Below, in pieces: positions 25,906 through 36,161 of a DNA stretch of 50,316 nucleotides. Origin of the DNA: a virus (taxonomy: Duplodnaviria > Caudoviricetes); IMG/VR virus record IMGVR_UViG_3300032257_000019, positions 1-50,316 of that record. One strand, written 5' to 3'. Each line of letters begins with the position of its first letter. Positions within the stretch are counted from its first letter, which is position 1. A model generated the notes under the pieces. It was not told the origin of the DNA. It did not search any database and worked only from the letters and a program-made list of their open reading frames with translations. The translations under genes and the position numbers were made by a program.

Positions 25906-27255
25906 GTGGGTGTGAAGTGGAGGTGTAATATGCCGAGGAACAAGAGACCAAGATTTCAAGTATTCATATCTGATTATAGTCATAGGGAATTAGCTAAGAA
26001 AGCTGTAAGTATGGAGACAATTATTAAGAAACTTAAGGCTAATAACTCAGATCTTAAGAAGCATGTTCAATATCTAGCATTAGAATTAGCAATGAGAGAT
26101 CTTGAAGAGCAGACTGAGGAGGGCCCAGATGAGGACTAAGTATCATTTTATAGCCTCCTATGAGGTGTATAAGGAGGGAGATCACAAGGAGGTCCTGGAG
26201 AGCAGTGTACTTCCTATCATAGGGGATTTATCTAGTGTTTCATATTGGGAGGAGTTGGCAGGATATCTATTCATAGAGGACCTACCTCTTGACTTCCTAA
26301 AGGAAGGTGTAACAAGGTGTATATTTGGAGTTACCTACACGGATACTTCTGGGTATATTGGAGATACTTTTGAACATGATTATGCCCTTAAGTTTGATCT
26401 GATACACTCTCACTTGTATAGTGAAGAGGATATTAAGTTCTTTGACGAGGAGGGGTTTCTATGAAAACAGCTTCTGAAATAAGGTTAGAGACTATAGATA
26501 GGACTGCAAAGTATCTTATGGAAGAGATGCGAAAATGCAACATAACTCTATTCACTTATGGGTTACAGCATATTCGTGATGAGGTTAGTATTATTAAGGC
26601 ACTGGAGAGTAATAATGGTACGAGAGAATAGATATCTTGTTATTAAGTATTCAGATACACAGAGATGTTTAACTGCTACAGAGAACAAGATACTACATAG
26701 CATTGCAGACAAGGTTTGTAACTCTAGGTATATAGATGGAAAGCCACAGTTGAAGTGTGTTGTAGTAGAAGATGATTGGCCAGAGTATGAGAAGGTCTGG
26801 GATATGATAGAGGAGAGGGTAGGGGGGAATAATGACCAAGGCTGTTGAGATATTTATACCTTCCGCTAATAACAGTCAGATCCATATACATGTTATTGGT
26901 AGGACGTTACTTACCATGTATGATATAGATGGGGTTACTATTCAAAAGTATAGTGGGAATGTTGAGATGCACTTGTATAAGAATAGAGCTGTAGATATAT
27001 ACAAGTTTAAATACACTGAAGATACAAGGAATGATATGTATGGCTGAAGATATTACTAAGAAGTATAGAGCAGTTGTCTTAGTCCCTCACTACCTCTATG
27101 TGGATGCAACCTCTATTAAGACAGCCAATGCAATACTGTCTGTGCAATTAGCTAATGCTCCCAATGACACGCATCTCCCTTATAGATTACACTCTGTAGA
27201 GGAGGCTTCTAGAGCTGTAGAGCGACCTGGTATAGGTCTTAAAGGTGTACCATGA
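25906..27255 (+). other. Run of small hypothetical ORFs (about 25930-26139, about 26129-26464, 26615-26848, 26832-27047, about 27040-27255)
   Basis: Packed + strand ORFs with no recognisable family. Confidence 0.6.
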
Positions 27256-27749
27256 GGAGGTTAGTTTATGGGCTTATTGGATTTTGTTTATTATGGGTAT
27301 CTAGTTTGGGACATAGTGAAACATTATGCTATTCACTTAACAATCCAGGGTGCATACATAAGGGTAATGATTGGGTAGGGGAGGTAAAGTGCAATGATGG
27401 GTTACATGAGTGCTTTAGAAGTGATGTATCTGGGGTTAGGGCTATTACTATTCTCATACACAATTACCATAGTGTGCTTGGTATATCTACTTTGGAGGAG
27501 ATAATACATAGATATGGACCTAAACAAGATAAATATGATATTCATCGTTCTAACTATATCCTTTCTACTAGGGAACTTGTCGGGGTTTATTGTGGGGATG
27601 ATTATAGAAGCGTTATCACCAGGATTGTTTCTGCAATAATATTCTTTGAGAATGGGTATATAAAAGAAGGGCTAGATGTAGATAAGGTTGTATTGGAGAG
27701 CTTGAAAGAGCTTGATGTAAATGAAAATAAGGTATGGAGGTGTAGATAG
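27252..27749 (+). CDS. Lysozyme-like protein (PM2 P5-like family) with an N-terminal signal peptide; candidate endolysin
   Basis: NNPGCI, F-x-S...G-x-RA...Y...TLEEIIHRYGP...AIIFFENG, and a hydrophobic leader. Confidence 0.65.
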   Translation: MRRLVYGLIGFCLLWVSSLGHSETLCYSLNNPGCIHKGNDWVGEVKCNDGLHECFRSDVSGVRAITILIHNYHSVLGISTLEEIIHRYGPKQDKYDIHRSNYILSTRELVGVYCGDDYRSVITRIVSAIIFFENGYIKEGLDVDKVVLESLKELDVNENKVWRCR

Positions 27750-28264
27750 ATGAGAGTTGGAAAGGAAATGGAAGTCACATATAAATCAGGGTATGTGCGA
27801 TTCTACAGGGAAGGGGATGTACATGAGATTGATCCAGCTGAGTGTATTATGTCTTTTACATTAGAATCACCACAAGTATTAATCATTAGTGGTTTGTTTG
27901 GTAAGTGGTCTAAGGAGAGGTATCAGGAAGCATTTGGGTACTTTAAAGGGATTGGTGTTAAGAAGGTAATGGCTCATTGTCCTACTGCATTTAAACCGAG
28001 AGGGTTTGTAGAATGGGATGATGATAGTATGATGGTATTAGATATGGAGGATAAGTAATGTTTAAAATATTAATGAGTAAGGTAGTGAAGCATGTACTAT
28101 TAAAGTACATAGTTCCTGTGTTAAACAAGAACGTAGATAAATTCGCAAAGGAAGTAGTGGATAGTCCAAAGAATTCAGTCAATCTAATTGATATTAACGA
28201 TGTGACAGAAATCGCTAAGAATCACTTTGTAGAGCAACTTATGAGTGACTTTGACGAATTCTAA
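27750..28264 (+). other. Last two ORFs of the + arm (27750-28058, possibly GNAT-like; 28058-28264)
   Basis: Coupled ORFs ending at the convergence point. Confidence 0.6.
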
Positions 28265-28292
28265 GGACAGTACACCAGCCCAGGTGATATAA

Positions 28293-28523
28293 CTACAATA
28301 GGGCTAATAAAGATAATAATGACTGTAAAGGGATATCTTTAGCAAGTATAATAAGAAGAAGAGAGAATATTAATAACATTTGCTTCTTTATCCCTTTAAC
28401 TATTTCTTCCTCTTTGTTCATATGGTCTCTAACGAACTTAGATAGATTGGTTAACTCCCTCGCATTGTGCTCGGTACTTGCCTTGAGGTATCCTATGTCC
28501 TCATGCAATTTCTCTTTATCCAT
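28293..28523 (-). CDS. Coiled-coil plus C-terminal transmembrane protein (XhlA/holin-like)
   Basis: Start moved to ATG 28523 after GAGGT; hydrophobic C-terminus; last gene of the structural arm. Confidence 0.55.
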   Translation of the reverse strand: MDKEKLHEDIGYLKASTEHNARELTNLSKFVRDHMNKEEEIVKGIKKQMLLIFSLLLIILAKDIPLQSLLSLLALL

Positions 28524-28569
28524 AACCACTACCTCATTATATTTAATCTTACGTTGTGCTGTGCTAAGA

Positions 28570-31554
28570 TTATCGTTCTCGACTTGCTCTTTTTGCTCTC
28601 TTAGCTCTTTTTGCTCTCTTACGGACATTATCCATCTCCTTTTGTAACCCATCTCCGAACCAGTAGTCAACTGCTCTTCCCCCTATTGGAGCATATTTAT
28701 ACCCATCTTCCTTAAGAAGATTATCAAACACTTGGATAGGAGGAGTAACCATATCTACTCCAGCCTCTAGTATACGACCTTTACCCATCTTATTTAAAGC
28801 ATACTCAGATAAACCAAAAGTACCCATAGCTGATTTACCCAGGTTCATAGGAAGATCCCCAGCATTAGTTAACTCTTCTAGCTTATCAGTGTCACCAGAC
28901 AAAGCAGACTTTATAACGGCCCCCGACATACCTGAGAAACCTAAGGCTAAACCAATACCCATGAGTCTCTTTACCCCTCTGATCTTAACTTCAGGGTTCT
29001 TATTAGCCATATCCTTAACAGCTTCCTGTCTAACTAGATCCACTTGCTTTAACATAAAGGATTTAAAAGTATACATTATCCTAGCATTTGGGGTATTAAG
29101 ATAAGCAGGAGGTAACTCTAACTTAGATATGGGTTGTGTTCTACTTAATTCAGAGAACAGGAATACCTTCACATCATCTGTAACCTTACCTGCCTGTAGA
29201 TCCTTAACTAACTTATGGACATCATCTCCATATTGAGCTTTATGTTTAGCTATAAATTTAGCTGCCCCTGCATCACTAGCTACTGATTTAACTCCTTTAC
29301 TAAGGGCAGCTCTCATAGTTACTTCTTTACCAAAAGCATCTACTCGAGAGAAACCAGACCATCTCATAGCAAACTTCATTAACTTAGCTGTATGAGAGCT
29401 ATCTACAAACTCCTCAGAGATATGATCTATAAATCCCATATCCTTTACAAAGCCTTTCATGTTACCTTTACCAGCTAATAAAGTAGCCTTAGCTCCTGGG
29501 ACTATGGATTGTACCGTATTTAATACCCCATGGGCATACCCAGACATGGCTACATCACCAAACTGTACAGCTGCAGAGAAAGGATTACCAAGTAATGAAG
29601 CATTAAGTAAGTTTCTAACAGATTGGAATAACTTATCAGGAGATCTCTCCCCTTGGCCAAACCTAATGTTAAGTAATTGTTTTACATGTTCAACATCATA
29701 AGGTTTGATAGATCCATCAGCTAATCCACTTTCCACAAACTTACCTACAGAAGCTTCTGTATCAATAACCTTCACATTATCAATGGTATCATATACTGCA
29801 TTCTTACCAAATAATTCAGCTTTATGGATATCTTGAGAAGTCTTTTGTACATATCCTTTAAGAGTCTCTAATGGATCTTCATAGAATTTTAATTGATCAT
29901 CTCCTATGTACCCCATAGTTCTAGCTTTAGTATGTCTACCTCCAGTAGTTTGTATCCCTTCAGGGAACTTCCTCATATGGCCATCTATGATCTTAGCCTT
30001 TTCTGCAGGATTCAATAATCTACCAGCTTTCTCTTCAGCTTGTTTCAAAGTATTGGTCAACTTAGTTTGACTAGTCTTACCCATAGATAGTTTAAGAGCA
30101 TCATAATCCTGTACAGATCTAGGGAAGAAGTGTTTAATTACTTGATCCTTCTTAATAACCCCAGCTTTAACAAGTCTATTACCATGGTCAGTAAGGAATG
30201 ATTCTAAACTATCTACAGCTTTACTAGCATCCCTTTCACCTTTCTCTTCTAATATCTTCTTAACAGCACCTAATTCACCATTAACCAAGTGTTTAGCTAC
30301 TTTCTGATATTCAGGAGAAGCATCCTCTAGTTTAACAGACTTACCTAATACCTTCTGCATAGGGGTACGTCTACCCATCTTATTATCAATGATCTTCATG
30401 AAGTCTTCTACTTTACTCATAGCTTCATGTTCATACTTATGGGCTTGCCCCTCCATCTTCTGGACTCTACCATGGATTCTAGGAGAAGCATTCTTAATCT
30501 CAGTACCTAATAGACCTAACATATTCTTAATAGTCTTCCCAGGTCCATCTGAAGGAGCTTTCTCATAGAATCTGACAGTATCAAGAGCCACATCAGGTGG
30601 GATATTAGTCTTCCATACTCTACCAGTGATCTTGGCCAGGTCTCCAGCATCAGCAGCCTTAGCAGCAGTTTCAGGACTTCTCTTATGTATATTGGCTACT
30701 ATTTCAATAGGATCAGTAGTACCTCCGTCAACCATTTCCTTGGCATACAGATAGTCTAATTCATCCATTTGTTTCTCAGCAGCTATTCTTACATCTAGAT
30801 CTTTGGTTACTTGATCCCCTAACTTAGCTTTATATCGTTTAGTAGCTTGTTTAACTTCAGCTTGAGCAGCCTTAGATAGTGATCTATTAGCTACCTTATC
30901 CCATCCTTTGGCAATGCTACCTACAACTAGACCAGTAGCAGCCCCCCCTCCGGCATAGGTAGCTATCTTTCTAGCTTTAGCTTCTATAAAGGTCTCATCT
31001 TCTCTTTGATCAGCATAAGCTAATGCACCATAGGCACCCCCAATAGCAGCCCCTTTAAGGACTGTACGACCAAGTGTAGCTGCTTTAGCTCCAGGTATAA
31101 GGAAACCCACTGGTTCTGCAATAGCTCCAACTACAGCTCCTCCAGTTGCATATCCTCCTACTTCAGGGTCATCATACAGCTTAGTCATCACCTCCTCATC
31201 TCTCTTCATAGAGTCAGTATCTATATTGAAGGTTCTCTTAAGGAAGTCAGATTGACCAGCTATCTGCTTAAGGCCTCTCCAGCTCTCAGTCATCATATGG
31301 CCAGCTCCAACTAAAGCAGCTGATACCTCAGGAGATACATCAACTTCAAGAGGACCCAGTTTAGCTGTAGTGGGTAGATATGAGGATACGTCCATAGGAG
31401 CCTCTGTATTGGCTTCTACGGGACTTTCTTCCTTAGGCATATATTGGCTCAAATCTACCCCTTTCTCTTCACTAGGAAGATATGAGGAGATATCTGGCCC
31501 TTCCTGTACCTCAGGAGCCTCTTGTGGGAGATATTTATTCCAATCTAGTGCCAT
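28570..31554 (-). CDS. Large internal virion / DNA ejection protein
   Basis: 994 aa, helical, Gly/Ala hydrophobic segments; last large gene after the tail module. Confidence 0.7.
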   Translation of the reverse strand: MALDWNKYLPQEAPEVQEGPDISSYLPSEEKGVDLSQYMPKEESPVEANTEAPMDVSSYLPTTAKLGPLEVDVSPEVSAALVGAGHMMTESWRGLKQIAGQSDFLKRTFNIDTDSMKRDEEVMTKLYDDPEVGGYATGGAVVGAIAEPVGFLIPGAKAATLGRTVLKGAAIGGAYGALAYADQREDETFIEAKARKIATYAGGGAATGLVVGSIAKGWDKVANRSLSKAAQAEVKQATKRYKAKLGDQVTKDLDVRIAAEKQMDELDYLYAKEMVDGGTTDPIEIVANIHKRSPETAAKAADAGDLAKITGRVWKTNIPPDVALDTVRFYEKAPSDGPGKTIKNMLGLLGTEIKNASPRIHGRVQKMEGQAHKYEHEAMSKVEDFMKIIDNKMGRRTPMQKVLGKSVKLEDASPEYQKVAKHLVNGELGAVKKILEEKGERDASKAVDSLESFLTDHGNRLVKAGVIKKDQVIKHFFPRSVQDYDALKLSMGKTSQTKLTNTLKQAEEKAGRLLNPAEKAKIIDGHMRKFPEGIQTTGGRHTKARTMGYIGDDQLKFYEDPLETLKGYVQKTSQDIHKAELFGKNAVYDTIDNVKVIDTEASVGKFVESGLADGSIKPYDVEHVKQLLNIRFGQGERSPDKLFQSVRNLLNASLLGNPFSAAVQFGDVAMSGYAHGVLNTVQSIVPGAKATLLAGKGNMKGFVKDMGFIDHISEEFVDSSHTAKLMKFAMRWSGFSRVDAFGKEVTMRAALSKGVKSVASDAGAAKFIAKHKAQYGDDVHKLVKDLQAGKVTDDVKVFLFSELSRTQPISKLELPPAYLNTPNARIMYTFKSFMLKQVDLVRQEAVKDMANKNPEVKIRGVKRLMGIGLALGFSGMSGAVIKSALSGDTDKLEELTNAGDLPMNLGKSAMGTFGLSEYALNKMGKGRILEAGVDMVTPPIQVFDNLLKEDGYKYAPIGGRAVDYWFGDGLQKEMDNVRKRAKRAKRAKRASRER

Positions 31555-32774
31555 TATCTAGTTACACCTAATTTCTGATCTAATGCTTTCTTAGCATCTT
31601 CTAAGGAAATACCCTCCCCTTTTGCTATAGCCTGGGCAGTAGTATCATATTGTGCTTGATCCCATCCCTGAGGTAATGCACCTTTCTGGGCAGGATCTCC
31701 AGGTGATGCTCCTTGTTTAGGAACTTCCCCTTGATATTTAGTAAATGTGACTGCATCCTCTTTCCACCAAGTAGTAGGATCTGCCCAATCATTCTGATCA
31801 TCTAAGGATACATTATCAGCAGCCCATCGCTTAACCTCTGAGATAGGTACTCCACTTTCTAATAACTCTGTAGCATATGCGATAGCTTTTGTTTCACCCC
31901 TCATAGCTGCTTCTGATCCAGTTACATCTCCAAGTTCATCATCACTCCATAGGCTTTGAATAATCTCAGTACCAGTCTTAGCGTATGCCCCTTTCCGCTT
32001 CTCCAACTTCATTCTCTCATTCTCTTCCTTGAGGGAGATAGTAGCCTGGACTTTCTGTACAGAAGTCTCTCTGTTAGCTTTAACTCTTTCTAGATACTTC
32101 TTATCATCATCAGTCTTATTAGGTTTAGCTTCAAGATCTTTGATAATCTTATCAAGACGATCAACTTCATTAGCTCCTCGCTGCATAACCATTTGTTGCT
32201 TCTTATACATTACATCTTGGACCTTCTTAGACCCATTTTCTAACTGAGCTTTAAGATCCATTAGAGAACCTTTATGACCTTCTGTGATGTCTTTACCAGT
32301 CATTTGGTTAATCTTCTGAACAACTCCTTGCATCTCCTCCTCAGTATTAGCTCCCATAGATAACATGCCAATCTCATCAGCCTTTTGTTCAGCTATAGTC
32401 CATTTCTGTGATTCAGCAGCTAACTCATTCTTCTCATTAATTAGAGTTTGATCATACCATTGAGAACCTAGATCTCCAATCCCTTGTACTCGAGCATCCT
32501 CTGCAATCTCTGCAGTAGTCTTACCTGCTTTCTGTCCTTCAGATATGATAGTTTGTAGTGCATTCTGATCACTGAGCTTCTTCTTACCAGCTTTAGCAGA
32601 GGTCTCCATAGCATCAGCTTGCGCATTCATATAACGCTTCTTGGTTTCTCTCTCCTCCTTTCCTTGATACCAATCACCAGCTTTCTCTATACCCTTGGCT
32701 AGACTTCTGATACCTCTTGATCTAGATTCTAGACCTTGTGCAGTACCTTGCATGATTATATTAGCTAAACTCAT
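31554..32774 (-). CDS. Internal virion / ejection protein
   Basis: 406 aa, charged and helical; lies between two other ejection-type genes. Confidence 0.65.
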   Translation of the reverse strand: MSLANIIMQGTAQGLESRSRGIRSLAKGIEKAGDWYQGKEERETKKRYMNAQADAMETSAKAGKKKLSDQNALQTIISEGQKAGKTTAEIAEDARVQGIGDLGSQWYDQTLINEKNELAAESQKWTIAEQKADEIGMLSMGANTEEEMQGVVQKINQMTGKDITEGHKGSLMDLKAQLENGSKKVQDVMYKKQQMVMQRGANEVDRLDKIIKDLEAKPNKTDDDKKYLERVKANRETSVQKVQATISLKEENERMKLEKRKGAYAKTGTEIIQSLWSDDELGDVTGSEAAMRGETKAIAYATELLESGVPISEVKRWAADNVSLDDQNDWADPTTWWKEDAVTFTKYQGEVPKQGASPGDPAQKGALPQGWDQAQYDTTAQAIAKGEGISLEDAKKALDQKLGVTR

Positions 32775-32787
32775 TTTATTATTCTCC

Positions 32788-34335
32788 TTAACCGAATATT
32801 GCCGAAGCTATACCACCACCAATAGGCCCACCCAAGATAGATCCACCTACGCTCATCAAATCACCAAATAAGGCTTGACCACCTTGCCATTCAGCCATAT
32901 CTCTAGCTAAATCAGCCTCTAACCTTTGCCATTCCATAGTAGCTTGTCTTGTCCCAGCATCAGCTGTCATACTAGATCCTTGTGAAGCTAAATTACCATA
33001 TAGACTAGCTGCCATTCCAGCCGCTTGTTGATAATTACCTGCAGATCCAGTAGCTCCGGTCATTGTAGTAGCTGCAGCTCCAGTAGCTCCTCGAGTAGTT
33101 AGGTCTGCTTGTGTTCCAGCTTCTGCAGTTGACATCTTAGCTCCAGTCTCTCCAGCCCACTGTTGGATACCAGCTGTACCCTGGGTCTCTGTAGCAATAG
33201 CTCTTTGATTAGTCTCTCCTGTGTACATAGCTCCAGATTTAGCTCCACCAGCTGCTACTTCTATACCAGATACTGCTCCAGCTCCAGCTATCTCAGCTCC
33301 TCTCATCCCTGCATCTAGTCCAGTCTTTGCAGCCCCAGATACACCTTGAGCAACATTCTGACCAACAGTAGATAAGGTAGTACCTGCCTGTAAGCCCATA
33401 CCAGCCATATTAGATAATTGACTTACTCGAGTATTGAATGTATTAGAGGCAATCCCAGCTCCCCTCTCTTGTAATTCTATTAAGGCTCTACCACCTAATG
33501 ACCCCCCTCTAGCAGCAGCTCCTCTATTGGTAGCTTTTAATCCTTCTTTTAGATTGAACTGATAACCAGGAGTCTTCTCTAATTGAGCTTGTACTTCTGC
33601 AGGGGATTGACCCCCTAACCCCATTAGGCCCTCATAAGCACCCATGGCTTTCTTACCAGCTTCTGAGTATGCTCCTAGCTTTTCATCTGCTTTAGCTTCA
33701 GCTCCTTGCCAAGCATCAGTCATCTTAGCTTCAGCAGCTTCCCCTCTGGCCTGAATATCAGCTCCAGTGGCTGCAGTAGCAGCAGTAATACCAGCTCCTG
33801 CTTCTTTACCTATATCCTCTAAGCGAGTACCAGTCTCAGCTCCAGCTGATTTCATTGCCTCAGCACCAGCTGCAATAGTTCCGGTTACTTCTTCCTTAGT
33901 GGCAGCAATACCCTCTTTAGCTTCCTGAAAGCCAGTAGACAGTTCCCCTTTAGCTGTTTCAATTCCAGTAGCTAACTCACCCTTTGCAGTATCAACTCCA
34001 GCCTCTAATGCTGCTCTACCTGCAGCAAGCTTCTCTTCCCCTGCAGCAGCAGCTTCATCAGTCTTCTTAGTGAGGAATCCAGCTGCCTCATACTTACTGG
34101 CCACTTGAGTATTTTCAGGAGTACCCTGTCTAAACTCATTACCTAACCCTACCGAAGCCAGTTGTTTTACAATATCGTCTTGCAGACCAAAGGCATCAGG
34201 TATGGCATTTACGAGGGAGGATACCTTCGTAGTTATATCTCGGTGTAATTCAGCTTTCTTAGGATCGTCTATGGCTAAAGCGTCATACTCTGCTTTTAAC
34301 TTAGCAAATTCCTCTTGATTATATTCTAGGGCCAT
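32788..34335 (-). CDS. DNA transfer (pilot) protein
   Basis: Ala/Gly-rich, with the TPGYQF...EG...N...AAARGG motif of P22-like DNA transfer proteins. Confidence 0.75.
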   Translation of the reverse strand: MALEYNQEEFAKLKAEYDALAIDDPKKAELHRDITTKVSSLVNAIPDAFGLQDDIVKQLASVGLGNEFRQGTPENTQVASKYEAAGFLTKKTDEAAAAGEEKLAAGRAALEAGVDTAKGELATGIETAKGELSTGFQEAKEGIAATKEEVTGTIAAGAEAMKSAGAETGTRLEDIGKEAGAGITAATAATGADIQARGEAAEAKMTDAWQGAEAKADEKLGAYSEAGKKAMGAYEGLMGLGGQSPAEVQAQLEKTPGYQFNLKEGLKATNRGAAARGGSLGGRALIELQERGAGIASNTFNTRVSQLSNMAGMGLQAGTTLSTVGQNVAQGVSGAAKTGLDAGMRGAEIAGAGAVSGIEVAAGGAKSGAMYTGETNQRAIATETQGTAGIQQWAGETGAKMSTAEAGTQADLTTRGATGAAATTMTGATGSAGNYQQAAGMAASLYGNLASQGSSMTADAGTRQATMEWQRLEADLARDMAEWQGGQALFGDLMSVGGSILGGPIGGGIASAIFG

Positions 34336-34336
34336 T

Positions 34337-34708
34337 TTATATCTTCTCCACTTTTATAGTGTATGTCTCTTCTGGGGGATCTATAGGTGATCCAGTAGTA
34401 TTTATATATGTAATTGCTATTGTATCTATTGCTGATACTCGTACATTAACTATACCAAGTCCAGCAGTATGAGAGGGTTTACTAACGGTAACAAAGTCAT
34501 TAGTTGCCACTCCACTAATTGTAATTGTTTGTTCACTAGTCGTATTAGCTGATACAGAAGTAGGATTGAATAGTACTTCATACTTATCCCACTTATAGAC
34601 ATATTGAGATAATGAGGTAAAGTATCTTTCCCAAGTAGTATTTGTATTATCTCCGTCCATCACAGGTAACTCTAAAGGAGATCTAGCTATTATTCGTCTT
34701 AATGCCAT
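34337..34708 (-). CDS. Small tail-associated protein
   Basis: Follows the hub gene; N-terminal WERYF helix plus a beta-sandwich. Confidence 0.55.
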   Translation of the reverse strand: MALRRIIARSPLELPVMDGDNTNTTWERYFTSLSQYVYKWDKYEVLFNPTSVSANTTSEQTITISGVATNDFVTVSKPSHTAGLGIVNVRVSAIDTIAITYINTTGSPIDPPEETYTIKVEKI

Positions 34709-34710
34709 TG

Positions 34711-36159
34711 TTATTGTACCTTAAAGTCCCCAGTATTAACGTCCATATAAGCTCCTATTAGAGATGCCTTAACTGCATCTGTAACCTTTATACGGATAAG
34801 GATATCTTCACATCTACCTATCCTTCTCCATGTGGATGCTTTAGAGTACTCCCCAACATTACCAAGGATATCTCTCCATTGTTCACTTGACCAGGAATGA
34901 CCCCTATCTTTAGACCATTGGACCATAGCTTGAGGATCAGTAACTGATACAGTTCCTACCCCTTGTTCCATGATAAGTTCAATAGCTCTTACAAATCCTT
35001 TTTTACCTTGGAAATGGATATGAGGTGATTGTCTTACTCTTGTGATAGCTGTCCCATCGTCACTATACTCAGTATCTTTTAGCTGATATATCTTTCCATC
35101 CACTCGACTACCTATGTAATGTTTACTATTAAAGAACACATAATCATTAGATATGTGCCTAGAGTCATCTCCGTTAGTAGCCCACTGAAACCACATATGA
35201 GTAGATAGATCGTATACCCATGTCTTATCTGAAGTAGGGAAGGTTAATACATACCAAGTATGCCCTTTCCATTGTAGTACAAATGATTGTGCATCTGTAA
35301 CAGTATATCCATGGATATGATTATCTATTGCATCAGTAGATATCTTCTTAACACCATACCCATTATTTTGTAATACTTGTCCTTGGCCATACTTACTTTT
35401 AGATACCCATATCAAAGTATTATCAGCTTCAGATACAGAAGCTCCCGCTAATGTACCATATTCTATTACAGCAGATCTGATAGGTTCTAATGGAAAATCA
35501 GCATTACCTGTATTCTGAAATACCTCAGTACTATTCTCACCAATAGCCCATAATAGACCATTCGCTATTCTCAAAGCAAGAATCTGATCCCAAGACCTCT
35601 CAGCAACTGTATAATCTAAAGCAGCCCATGTTTCTCCATTGTATGATCCAGATATGAATAGACCCCCAGGAGCATTAGCTGCATTAGTATTAGCTGGGTC
35701 ATTAACTGCAAAATATCCATCTATAAATGTTATTGTAGTAGCTGCTTTAGGGAAGTCAGCATCAGTAGCATTAAGATCAGCTGTAAAGGTAGTAGTACTT
35801 TCCTTGTAGTGACATCCTTGTGTACCATCTACAATTACTATCTCATCTCCATTATGGGCCATCTCACAACGACCAGAGGTAGTTTGAAGAGTTCCCAGAG
35901 TAGTTTCATTCCCTACAGTATCTACACTGTATAGTGTATCAGAGGATACTATATACATTAATGAGTTAAGTACTATACTAGCTCTTATTGGGCCTGACCC
36001 TGCGGAAGCAAATTCAGTACTAAAACCAGGAGTAGGGTACAAAGGCACCTTGTCCTTGCCAGTAGGATCACTCTCAGGATACCAATTAACAGTTCTCTGG
36101 TAGTTAGCATCTATTGAGAAACCCTCATTAGATTGTCCATTTATAGGTATTCTAGCCAT
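34711..36159 (-). CDS. P22 gp10-like tail hub / packaged-DNA stabilisation protein
   Basis: VNWYP...TPG, DGYF, GENSTEVFQNTG, GHTWYVLTFP...TWVYD, WSKDRGHSWS. Confidence 0.88.
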   Translation of the reverse strand: MARIPINGQSNEGFSIDANYQRTVNWYPESDPTGKDKVPLYPTPGFSTEFASAGSGPIRASIVLNSLMYIVSSDTLYSVDTVGNETTLGTLQTTSGRCEMAHNGDEIVIVDGTQGCHYKESTTTFTADLNATDADFPKAATTITFIDGYFAVNDPANTNAANAPGGLFISGSYNGETWAALDYTVAERSWDQILALRIANGLLWAIGENSTEVFQNTGNADFPLEPIRSAVIEYGTLAGASVSEADNTLIWVSKSKYGQGQVLQNNGYGVKKISTDAIDNHIHGYTVTDAQSFVLQWKGHTWYVLTFPTSDKTWVYDLSTHMWFQWATNGDDSRHISNDYVFFNSKHYIGSRVDGKIYQLKDTEYSDDGTAITRVRQSPHIHFQGKKGFVRAIELIMEQGVGTVSVTDPQAMVQWSKDRGHSWSSEQWRDILGNVGEYSKASTWRRIGRCEDILIRIKVTDAVKASLIGAYMDVNTGDFKVQ

Positions 36160-36161
36160 TA

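Noticed and set aside
28524-28670. Longer N-terminus for the 28293-28670 ORF
   Set aside because: It overlaps the 3' end of the 994-aa gene, and a good RBS precedes ATG 28523.
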